Assembly (NCBI GenBank): GCA_903929795.1
Contig: CAIYWC010000189.1
Coordinates: 549-64,548 of the forward strand
DNA length: 64,000 nt
DNA from: an uncultured Myxococcales bacterium
GTDB lineage: Bacteria; Myxococcota_A; UBA9042
Reading direction: 5' to 3'
Shown: piece by piece, positions 9,356-18,200 of the stretch
How the letters are laid out: each line of letters starts with the position of its first letter
Position numbering within the stretch: position 1 is the stretch's first letter
Position numbers and translations under genes: made by a program
The notes under the pieces: model-generated
Databases searched by the model: none
What the model was told of the DNA's origin: nothing
The model's input: the letters and a program-made list of their open reading frames with translations, nothing else

Positions 9356-10452
9356 AAAACGGTCGCGGTGGCCCAGCCGGCCCAGGCCCCGCCGGCCAGC
9401 ACCGCAGCGGCGGCCGCCTGGACCAAGCCCGCGGCGCGCAGCACGACCTGCGAAGTACTGCGCGTGCGGACGAGCGCCGTCAGCGCGAGCGCCAGCAAGG
9501 CCAGCGCGACCGGGTCGGCCAGCCAAGTCGGGCCCCAGAGCGCCGGGGCAATCACCGCCAGCAGCGTCAGCGCCAGGCTGGCGGCGAGGCCAGCGCATGC
9601 GTCCAGGCGGAAATCCGCGGGCGCGAAGTCGGCGCGCAGCAACACCAGCAGGGAACCCACCCGCGCTACGGCCAGCGCCACCGCGGCCAGGTTCCGCCCG
9701 TGTGAGGCGGCGGTGAGGAGCGGAAATCCCGGCGCGTGGGCCGGCAGCCGCCACGCCAGCGCGGTCTGGCCAGCGAGCAGCAGGAGCGCAGCCAGCGGCA
9801 AAAGCGGCGCGAGAGATCGCAGGAGCGGCCGCGGGCGGCGCACCGCGACCCAACCGAGCAGCACGGTCAGGAACAGCAGGCCGCGTGCCAGCCGGTCGGC
9901 GAGAAACCAGAACCCTGCGAGCCCTGTTGCGTCCACCTCGCCCGGCCCGACAAACTGCCAGCGCGCGGCGACCTGGGCGAACGGTAGCTCGGCGACCACC
10001 TGCGCCGGTTGCACCAGCGCATCGCCCAGCGGCGCGAACGGCAAGAGCGCCAGGAGCAGCGCGAGCGGCCAGCGCATGCCGGCTTGCAGCGTTGCGCCAA
10101 CACCCAAGCTGGCAGCGAGCGCGGTCGGCAGGGTCCAGATGAGCGTTGGCCACAGCGCGAGGTTCGCCGACGGCTGCAGCACCGCAACCGGCAGCCACAG
10201 GAGCGCGAGCCGCGCGCACAGGGACCGCTGCGCCGGCTGGACCAGGCCGCGTGACAGCAGCGCCACGACGACGACGCCGCCCACCAGACCGGGGCCCGGC
10301 GCGGCAATCAGCAGCGGCAACGCCAGCAGCAGCGCGAGGACCGCGGTCACCGGCCGCGCCTGGAACGCCAGCAGGAGCAACGGCGGCGCCAGCAGCAGCG
10401 CGAGCGCGGACACCTGGAGCGAATCAATCGCCAGCGCGGGCAGGTGAATCAT
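9346..10452 (-). CDS. Polytopic membrane protein with a degenerate CcsA/ResC-like (WWD) segment
   Basis: Many hydrophobic helices. C-terminal LD...LT...PALWGPTWLADP resembles the CcsA motif WAxxxWGxxWxWDPKE. Overlaps the upstream gene by ATGA. Confidence 0.55.
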   Translation of the reverse strand: MIHLPALAIDSLQVSALALLLAPPLLLLAFQARPVTAVLALLLALPLLIAAPGPGLVGGVVVVALLSRGLVQPAQRSLCARLALLWLPVAVLQPSANLALWPTLIWTLPTALAASLGVGATLQAGMRWPLALLLALLPFAPLGDALVQPAQVVAELPFAQVAARWQFVGPGEVDATGLAGFWFLADRLARGLLFLTVLLGWVAVRRPRPLLRSLAPLLPLAALLLLAGQTALAWRLPAHAPGFPLLTAASHGRNLAAVALAVARVGSLLVLLRADFAPADFRLDACAGLAASLALTLLAVIAPALWGPTWLADPVALALLALALTALVRTRSTSQVVLRAAGLVQAAAAAVLAGGAWAGWATATVFHP

Positions 10453-11495
10453 GGCTGGCTGGCCTCGGCGCGACTGGCTGGGCGCCGCAACGCGCGCAGG
10501 AACACGGCACCCAGCCCGAGGAACGCGACCACCAGCGGCCACCCTGGGCGCGACGGCGCCACTTGAATCCGCACGCGGTCCTGGCCGGCAACGAGCGCGG
10601 TCGCTGGCGCTCGCGGCAGCACATCCGGGGACGCGAGCAGGCGGACCGTAGGCGCCGCGCCGCGATCCGTCACGAGAACCAGCGGTCCGGCCTCGGTGCT
10701 CAGCTGCGGCTGGAGGTGGACCGAGAGCGAAGGCGCTTCCGCCTGGGCGTTTTGCTCAAGCGCGACGGCAAAGATAGCGGGATCGCCCGGTTTCGCTCGC
10801 CAGTTCAGGGTCATGTGCGTGGGCGCGGGCGCGGACGACGTCGCCATCCACGTGATTTGTTCGCCCTGATCGACGGCCGGCGCGCCCGACGCCAGCGTCA
10901 CGCGGTGGCGCAGTCCGGCGCCTTCGACGGCGCAATCGAGCGTTTCCGAGCCGGCCCGCCGCTGACACTGTGCTTGCCAGCGACCGGGCGCCGGCGCTGG
11001 ACCGCCGCCGTCGGCCATGGCAGCGGGCACGGTGGCGAGATCGGCACCGACGACGACATCAAGCGAGACCGGCGGTGCACCAGCGGTCGCGCGGGCCCAA
11101 GCGCCCAGCACGGTCGGCAACGCGACAACCAGCAGCGCGTGCTCCGCGCGCCACCGAGGTCGCTGGGCCAGCAGGATCGCCAGCGCGGCAAACGCCGTCA
11201 GCCCGCCGAGCAGCCAAACTGCCAGCGACCACGCCAGCGCATCCAGCCCAAGCGCGTGGAGCGCAAGCAGCTCACTGCGCGGCAGGCCATCGGTGGCCAT
11301 GTCGGCGGCGTGCAGCTGTGGAACCTGGGTGCCCAGCCAAATGACGGCAGCCCAAAGCACGGCGAGCAGGGGGAGGGTGTTGGGCGCGCACGCCAGGTCC
11401 AGCAGCACGTCGGCCAGCGGACGCGACGCAGAGACCGTCAGCGTGTGCACCGCCGGACGGACACCGGGCGGACGCGCACTGGGTGGATCTGTCAC
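10449..11495 (-). CDS. ResB/CcsB-like membrane protein, divergent
   Basis: N-terminal TM ending LGTQVPQ, then LGL...W..W in a second TM, a periplasmic beta region, and C-terminal PGWPLVV TM. This matches the ResB pattern GTxxPQ...LG...SxW and DPG.P.V. Confidence 0.6.
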   Translation of the reverse strand: MTDPPSARPPGVRPAVHTLTVSASRPLADVLLDLACAPNTLPLLAVLWAAVIWLGTQVPQLHAADMATDGLPRSELLALHALGLDALAWSLAVWLLGGLTAFAALAILLAQRPRWRAEHALLVVALPTVLGAWARATAGAPPVSLDVVVGADLATVPAAMADGGGPAPAPGRWQAQCQRRAGSETLDCAVEGAGLRHRVTLASGAPAVDQGEQITWMATSSAPAPTHMTLNWRAKPGDPAIFAVALEQNAQAEAPSLSVHLQPQLSTEAGPLVLVTDRGAAPTVRLLASPDVLPRAPATALVAGQDRVRIQVAPSRPGWPLVVAFLGLGAVFLRALRRPASRAEASQP

Positions 11496-11725
11496 GAGTC
11501 GACGAAATGAACCGTCACGCGCTGCTGGCGCAGGGCGGCGGCGGCATGGACGAGGTTGCGGATGGCGCGGGCCGTGCGGCCCTGTTTGCCGATCACTTTG
11601 CCGATGTCTTCACGCCGGACGAACAGCCGCAGGACAACGCCCTGCTCGCCGGTTTCTTCGTCGACGCGCACGTCTTCCGGGTGATCGACCAGGACGCTGG
11701 CGAGATAATGCAGAAATTCGCGCAT
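11492..11725 (-). CDS. khpA: KH-domain RNA-binding protein KhpA
   Basis: LVDHPEDVRV, EDIGKVIGKQGRTARAIR; directly downstream of rpsP. Confidence 0.95.
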   Translation of the reverse strand: MREFLHYLASVLVDHPEDVRVDEETGEQGVVLRLFVRREDIGKVIGKQGRTARAIRNLVHAAAALRQQRVTVHFVDS

Positions 11726-11779
11726 TCTTGCTCTCCAAGCCAACAACCAGCTTGCCAAGAATCCGGCAAGCGCGCGAAA

Positions 11780-12031
11780 TTACGCGCGATCGAGCTGGCG
11801 AACAAGCGAAGCGACGGTATCGGAAGGCGTCGCGCCAACGCCGACCCAGTGGTCGTACCGGGCGCGCTCAAGCGTCACGCGGCCGTGGGCAGCGCCCTTG
11901 GCGGCGGGATCGTACGTGCCGATCTGCTCGAGGAAACGGCCGTCGCGGCGCGCTTCGTTCGGCGCGGCAACGATGCGGTAGTACGGGTGTTTTTTGCCGC
12001 CAAAGCGGGCCAGACGGATGCGAACGGACAT
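11780..12031 (-). CDS. rpsP: 30S ribosomal protein S16
   Basis: MSVRIRLARFGGKKHPYYRIV...RRDGRFLEQIGTYDP...GATPSDTV. Confidence 0.98.
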   Translation of the reverse strand: MSVRIRLARFGGKKHPYYRIVAAPNEARRDGRFLEQIGTYDPAAKGAAHGRVTLERARYDHWVGVGATPSDTVASLVRQLDRA

Positions 12032-12079
12032 GAGACCTCGGCAATTTGACCGGCACCGGGACACGGCGCGGGGGTGAAA

Positions 12080-12108
12080 AGTCTAATGGCGATCGCGGGT
12101 CCTGTCAA
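12080..12108 (-). promoter_or_regulatory. sigma-70 promoter of the rpsP operon
   Basis: Minus strand TTGACA (12103-12108), 17 bp spacer, TAGACT (12080-12085). Confidence 0.75.
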
Positions 12109-12836
12109 TCTGATCCGTCACCGGCCGCCGCGTCATCGCGCCGCAGCACCGCGGCCATCTGCGCGTGGACGGCCGCGACGAGCCCTTCGCGGTCGGTCCC
12201 GGCGGTCGGCACCGGCGGCAGGATCGTCACATGGACTGCGCGTTGCGTCCGAGGCACCCGCGCGCCGTAGGGCAGCACATCCGCGGTTCCGCGCAGCACG
12301 ACCGGCAGGATCGGCACGCCGGCTTGCTGCGCCAGCCAAAACCCGCCCTTCTTGAACGGCTGCAGCTGGCCGTCGCGCGAACGCGTGCCTTCCGGAAAGA
12401 CGAGCACGCTCTGCCCTGCCCGCACGCGATCGGCCGCCGCCTGCATCGCCGCCACGGCCTTGCCGCTGTCGCCGCGGTCGACGAACACGGCGCCCGTACG
12501 GCGAATAATGGCACCGAAAATCGGCACTTTCAGCAGCTCCCTCTTCGCCACGTAGGTCATGCCGGTCGGCACGTCGGCAAAAAGCACGAGCGGATCAAAG
12601 TTGGACTGGTGATTGGCGACGATGACGTACGGCTGGCCGGGCTGCACATGCGCCGCGCCGGACACGTGCACGCGCGTCTGCACCGCGTCCAGCTGCGCCC
12701 GCGCCCAGCGCGCCTGGTGCTGCTCGACCGCTGCCATCTGACCACGCGCCGCCGACCACATCGCCAGCGGGCCGCGTCCGAGCGTCTGCGCCGCCATCAC
12801 CGCCCAGTATTTGACGCCCAGCCGTGCGATTGCCAT
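12105..12836 (-). CDS. plsC: 1-acyl-sn-glycerol-3-phosphate acyltransferase (PlsC family)
   Basis: ANHQSNFD (HX4D), AKREL, FVDR, FPEGTRS, PFKKG. Confidence 0.9.
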   Translation of the reverse strand: MAIARLGVKYWAVMAAQTLGRGPLAMWSAARGQMAAVEQHQARWARAQLDAVQTRVHVSGAAHVQPGQPYVIVANHQSNFDPLVLFADVPTGMTYVAKRELLKVPIFGAIIRRTGAVFVDRGDSGKAVAAMQAAADRVRAGQSVLVFPEGTRSRDGQLQPFKKGGFWLAQQAGVPILPVVLRGTADVLPYGARVPRTQRAVHVTILPPVPTAGTDREGLVAAVHAQMAAVLRRDDAAAGDGSD

Positions 12837-12885
12837 GCGCCAAAACGTAGCGCTTGCACAGTGAGCCGGCAAGTCCGCGTGTTGT

Positions 12886-12938
12886 GTGAACGTTCACCGT
12901 GAGTTTGCTTGCCGCGCGGGGCAGCAATCCGGTACGCT
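12886..12938 (+). promoter_or_regulatory. Palindromic operator plus putative sigma-70 promoter upstream of the lipoprotein operon
   Basis: Perfect palindrome GTGAACGTTCAC (12886-12897); TTGCCG (12909-12914), 18 bp spacer, TACGCT (12933-12938). Confidence 0.5.
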
Positions 12939-12982
12939 GACTGATTGCGCCGATGGTTGACAACCGGCGAGGTAAACGGACG

Positions 12983-15172
12983 ATGCGGACGCAGTCGACG
13001 AACTTCCCAAACGTCCTCTTTCGCGGGCAGTTGGCGCCGGTGGTCGCTGCGGCTTTGGTGTGTGCGGCCGCGCTCGCGTGCAGTTCTCCGGCGGCCAGCG
13101 TGGACACCGACGCGGGCAGTGACGCCGTCAGCGCCGGCGATGTGGGCCCCGAGCTTGGCGCGGGCCAGATCTGCCTGCCAGGCACGGCAACATCCTGCGC
13201 AACCACCGATTACGTCACACGCTGCAACGACACCGGCACGGCGATCGAGACCGTGCTCTGCACCAACGCCGACGGCGATCCGACCAAGTGTTTTGACGCC
13301 GGGCGCTGCTCGGACTGCGTGCCGGGCCTGAGCAAGCGCTGCGCGCCGACCGACTCCACGCTGGTCGAGCGCTGCGACGACACCGGCAACTGGACCACCG
13401 ACCAGCAATGCGACGCATCCACCGGCCAGCAGTGTGCGCCGGGCGGATTGTGCCAAAAAGCGTGCGATATCAATGTGAAAGCCAACAGCTACGTCGGATG
13501 CGCGTTTTGGGCGACGGACCTCGACAACGCGTTCGTGCCCGGCGGCGGGCGCAGCTACTTTGACGCCGCGAACGCGCAGTACGCGATCGTCGTGTCCAAC
13601 CCGTCGGACAAGCTGACGGCGACGGTCAAGATTACCTATTTTGAGGACGGTCAGGAATTGCCGCAAACCGTCGATTCGGCCGGCAATCCGTTGCCCTTGG
13701 ATCCGCTGGCGCCTGGCGATCTGCGCGTGTTCAACATGCCGCCGCGCAACATCGACGCGACTTCGTCGACGTTTCAGGCATGGCGCGTCACGTCGACTGC
13801 GCCGATCGCGGCGTACCAGTTCAATCCGCTGGAAAATGTCGGCGTGTACTCAAACGACGCGTCGCTGCTGCTGCCCGAAGAGCTGCTGGGCACGTATTAC
13901 ATCAACATGACGCGGGAAGAGACCTTCTCGATTTTACGCGGCTTTTTGACCGTGGTCGCGACGCAGCCCGGCCAAACCAACGTCACCATCACGTTTCCGA
14001 CGCCCGACAACGACGCGACCGGCACGACGTGGCCGTTGCTGACACTGGCGAGCCAGGACGGCGCGATCAAGTCCTACAAGAGCGGAGAATCTGGGTCGTT
14101 TACGCTGACGCAGTGGGGCACGCTCAACATCGAGACCAATCTGGTCGGCGCGGACCTGACCGGCGCGATCATTCTGGCCGACAAGAAAATCGCGGTGTTC
14201 GGCGGCAGCGAGGCGTCCAACGTGCCCAACACCAACCACTGCGACGTGGCCAAGTGCCAGCCCGGCGACCTCGATGCCGGCCAGAAATGCGGGCACTGCG
14301 TCTGGGACGGCAAGACCCAATGCGCAAGCAATGACGACTGCGGCAGCTTTGTCACGTGCTGCGCCGACCACCTGGAACAGCAGCTCTTTCCGGTCAATGT
14401 GTGGGACAACCACTACGTGGCGGTCAAGCTGTACCCGCGCGGCAAGGAACGCGATGCGTGGCGCTTCATGGCCGCGACTCCGGGCACGAAAATCACGCTG
14501 TCGCCCAGCCCGATCGACCCCAAGGGCAAGGCGGTCAGCGTGCCGGTGCTGGGGACGGGTGAGTGGTATGAGTTTGAAACAATAGACAATTTTGAGATTA
14601 CCTCCAAGCATGAGGATGGCTCGCCGGCGCCGATCCTGGTCGGCCACTTCATGGAGAGCCAGGACGCCCCGGATCCGGGCGCGCAGCCGGGCGACGCGGG
14701 GACGGGCGATCCGTCCTTCATGCTCGCGATTCCGTCGGCGCAATGGCGTTCCGACTACGTGTTCCTGGCGCCGGACAAATACAGCTTCAGCTACGTGTCG
14801 GTCGCCGCGCCGATTCACCGGGTCTGCGCGCTCGCAACCGCACACCAGGGCGCGGTCTGCACGACGGACAGCGACTGTGGCGCCGGCGCCGCCGCGAATT
14901 CCTGCGCGGATGACACGGCGGTCACGTTCGACGGCCAGCTGATCCCGCCCGACCAATTCTTCAATGCTTCCAAGAACTACAAGGCCGCGCGGTTCGCCGT
15001 CAATCCGGGGCCGCACACGATCCACGGGCTTCCGGTGCTGGGACCTGACGGCAAGCCGGCGGCGTCGCGGGTCGCGGTCGACGTGTATGGCTACGACCAA
15101 TACGTGTCCTACGGCTATCCGGCCGGGCTGGACCTGAAGGATTTGCAGTACGTTACGCAGCCCGGGCCGTAG
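12983..15172 (+). CDS. IgGFc-binding-domain lipoprotein with Cys-rich repeats
   Basis: Lipobox ALAC; Cys-rich N-terminus; SY.GC.FWA.DLDN, AIVVSNP, AYQFNPL, SNDASLLLP, DLTG..I.A.K.IAVFGG, CCADHLEQQLFP, GDPS.ML..P..QWR.DY.F, VYGYD.YVSYGYP.G. Confidence 0.85.
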   Translation: MRTQSTNFPNVLFRGQLAPVVAAALVCAAALACSSPAASVDTDAGSDAVSAGDVGPELGAGQICLPGTATSCATTDYVTRCNDTGTAIETVLCTNADGDPTKCFDAGRCSDCVPGLSKRCAPTDSTLVERCDDTGNWTTDQQCDASTGQQCAPGGLCQKACDINVKANSYVGCAFWATDLDNAFVPGGGRSYFDAANAQYAIVVSNPSDKLTATVKITYFEDGQELPQTVDSAGNPLPLDPLAPGDLRVFNMPPRNIDATSSTFQAWRVTSTAPIAAYQFNPLENVGVYSNDASLLLPEELLGTYYINMTREETFSILRGFLTVVATQPGQTNVTITFPTPDNDATGTTWPLLTLASQDGAIKSYKSGESGSFTLTQWGTLNIETNLVGADLTGAIILADKKIAVFGGSEASNVPNTNHCDVAKCQPGDLDAGQKCGHCVWDGKTQCASNDDCGSFVTCCADHLEQQLFPVNVWDNHYVAVKLYPRGKERDAWRFMAATPGTKITLSPSPIDPKGKAVSVPVLGTGEWYEFETIDNFEITSKHEDGSPAPILVGHFMESQDAPDPGAQPGDAGTGDPSFMLAIPSAQWRSDYVFLAPDKYSFSYVSVAAPIHRVCALATAHQGAVCTTDSDCGAGAAANSCADDTAVTFDGQLIPPDQFFNASKNYKAARFAVNPGPHTIHGLPVLGPDGKPAASRVAVDVYGYDQYVSYGYPAGLDLKDLQYVTQPGP

Positions 15173-15247
15173 CCGCCCAGGCCTGGTAGCCAGTGGCTGA
15201 ATCACGCTCCGGGGCCAAGGCCCAGCGTGGGGTTTGAAGGAGTCAGC

Positions 15248-18200
15248 ATGAATCCGCAGCGCCCGTCGTTTCTCCAGCCCAGAGCCATGCTACTGCTGGG
15301 CGCACTCCAATTGGCGCTGCTGGCCGGCTGCGGCGCGAAGTCGCCAGGGAACGGCGCCAGCGCGGCGACGCAGGATGCGGTCGGAACGGACGCGATCGCC
15401 GGACCGGATGCCGTGGACGCCGGCGATGCAACGACGCAGACCCAGAACGTTTTCTCGCTGCAATCCGTCACCCCCGCGCAAGGTCATACCGGCGGCGGCG
15501 AGCCGGTCACGCTCACGGGCCACGGCTTCTCGGACGGTGTGCAAGTGCTGTTCGGAACTGCGCCGCTGGACCCGTCGGTGGTGTACGTCGTGGACGAAGC
15601 GACGATCCAGGTGACCACGCCACCGCATGAGAGTGGCCCCGTGGATGTGACCGTCGCGCTGCCAGGGTCGCCGCCGCAGGTCGCGGTGCTGCCCAGGGCG
15701 TTCCTGTATTACAACGATGTGGTGCTGACCAAAGTCGACCCGCCGCAGGGGCCGACCGCGGGCGGGACCGCGATCAGCATCCACGGCACGGGCTTCAGCG
15801 GCGACTGCCAGGTGCTTGTCGGCGGCAAACAGGCGCTGAACGTGCAGATCGTCGCAGACGACACGCTGACGGCCATCACGCCGCCGGGCACATTCGGGCC
15901 CGTACCGGTGCATGTCATCAACGCGCGCGGCACGGGCTTGCTGAAAGACGGCTTCGCCTACACCGCGGCGCCAACCATCACGTCGGTCGCACCCGCGGCA
16001 GGCCCCACGGCGGGCGGCACACAGGTCATCGTCTACGGCACCGGCCTGAGCGCGGACGTCGACGTGCGGATCGGCAGCGGCAAGGCGACCGTCCTGAGCG
16101 TGAGCGGCAGCACCCAGGCGCACGTCGCCACCCCGCCTGGCACCGCGGGCAAGGCCGACGTCACCGCGACGACAGCGTTTGGCGCCAGCACCTTGCCGGG
16201 CGGCTACGTGTACTCCGACGACCAGGGTCAGGCCGCCACGCAAATCCTGTCGATCGCGCCGCCGTCCGGGCCACTCGCGGGCGGCAACACTGTCGCTGTC
16301 ATCGCGACCGGCTTGGTTGCCAAGAGCGACTCCACGATCCTTTTTGGCCAAAAGCTGGCTGAAATCCTCAGCGTCGACGCGGTTGCACACACGGCGCTCG
16401 TGCGCGTGCCCGCCGGCGCGACGACCGGCGCGGTCGACGTCACGCTGATGACCTCCAAAGGTAACGACAAAGCCACGGGCGGCTACACGTACAGCGACGC
16501 GCTGACGCTCAGCGGCGTCGCACCCGCGTCCGGCCCCAGCACCGGCGGCACGGGGATCGTCCTCACCGGCAGCGGCTTTGCCAAGGGCACGGTCAACGTC
16601 AAGATCGGCGCACTGGCGGCGAGCGGGCTGTCCGTCGTCAGCGACACCGAAATTCACGCCACTACGCCGCCGGGCCAGCCGGGCTACGCGGACGTCACGG
16701 TGTTCAACGACACCAGCGCGGTCACCTTGGCCGGTGGTTTTGCCTACACGGGCAGCAAGCTGGCGCTGTATGTCGTCTACCCGCCGCTGGGCGCGCAGGC
16801 GGGCGGCACGCTCGTGCACGTGTACGGCCAGGGCTTTGACGCCAACCTCGCGGTCACGTTTGGCGGCAACCCCGCGACGCACTTCACGTTTATCGATCCA
16901 GGCCACGTCACGGTCAAGACGCCGGCCGGCAAGGTCGGCGCGGTCGACGTCAGCGTCACCGGCGGCGACGCCAAGGCGACATTGACAAAAGGTTACGCGT
17001 ACTTTGACCCGATGTCCGGCAACGGCGGCACCTGGGGCAGCGCGATCGACGGCGCAATCAACATCACCGTGCTTGACGCCAGCAGCAACGCGCCGATCCC
17101 GGATGCATTCACGATGCTGTGGACCGACCCGACAACGCCCTACCAGGGCTTCACCAACGCCGACGGCCAGATCACATTCTCCGGCGATGATCTGACCGGC
17201 AAGCAGATGATCTCCGCGTCCAAGACCGGCTATGACGCCTCGTCCGTCGTGCTGTTCAACGCACAAAACGTCACCGTGCACTTGAATCCGACCTCGCCGC
17301 CGTCGCCAGGCAGCCCGCCGCCGGGCCAGATTCCGCCGACGATCGCCGGCCACGTCATCGGCGTCGACAAGTACGTGTTCATCCCCGACGGCGACTGCAA
17401 TGCGTACGCCGGCCAGGGCCAAGTCCCCGGAGCGACGTGCAATTCCTGTACCGCGGACAGCCAGTGCGGCGCCGGATTCGCGTGCGTGGACATCGGCCCG
17501 GACGGCAATGGCATCGCCAACGGCACGCGCTGCGTCGCGGATTGCAGCCAGGGCCAAGGCTGTCCGGCGCAGTTCAAGTGCGCGGGCGTGGGCACGGCCG
17601 GTTTCCGCTGCATTCCGGCGGCGGGCGAGCTTGCCGCGTTCTGCCTGCACTCCAAGCCGGACGTGTTCAGCCAGGACGACTATCCCGCCGAGGGCGCCGC
17701 CTTCCTCGCCGATCCGCTCAACGCCTACGCCTACAAGATCGACGTCGCACCGGGTGAGCAGGCGGTCATCTGCTTTGGCGGCTACAAGACGTTCGGCGCC
17801 GTGCTGCAAGCCGACAATCCGCAGTCGATGGCCGCGTTTACGCCGACCGTCATGGGCGTCCAGCGCCACATCATGGTCCAGCCGGAGCAGCAGGTGACGG
17901 GCATCGACGTGAAGCTGGACATTGCGCTGGGCCAATCCGCGGCGGTTCGCCTCGACCAGCCGCCGGTGTGGGGCCAGCCGAACGCGTCGATCATCAACTT
18001 CGTCCAGCCGCAGCTGATCCTCGGCTCGGATGGCGCGCTGCGCTGGCCGGTCGATGCATACAAGTTCTCGTTTGACACGGATCCGGCGCTGTTGACCCTG
18101 ACAAACCTGCCCGCGAGCTTCACCGGCGTGCTATCGGACGCGTCTCTGACGCTCGAGACGTTCGTTTTTGACCTGAACCAGGCGACGCAGCTGCCGCGCT

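Noticed and set aside
15196-15250. c-di-AMP (ydaO) riboswitch, suggested by GCTGAATC and the presence of cdaA
   Set aside because: The region is far too short and lacks the second GAAUC half and the 3' pseudoknot elements. It is kept only as a generic hairpin.
15290-17935. 881-aa minus-strand ORF (and similar long antisense ORFs across the window)
   Set aside because: These mirror well-supported genes on the opposite strand and show no motifs. They are expected from GC3 bias.
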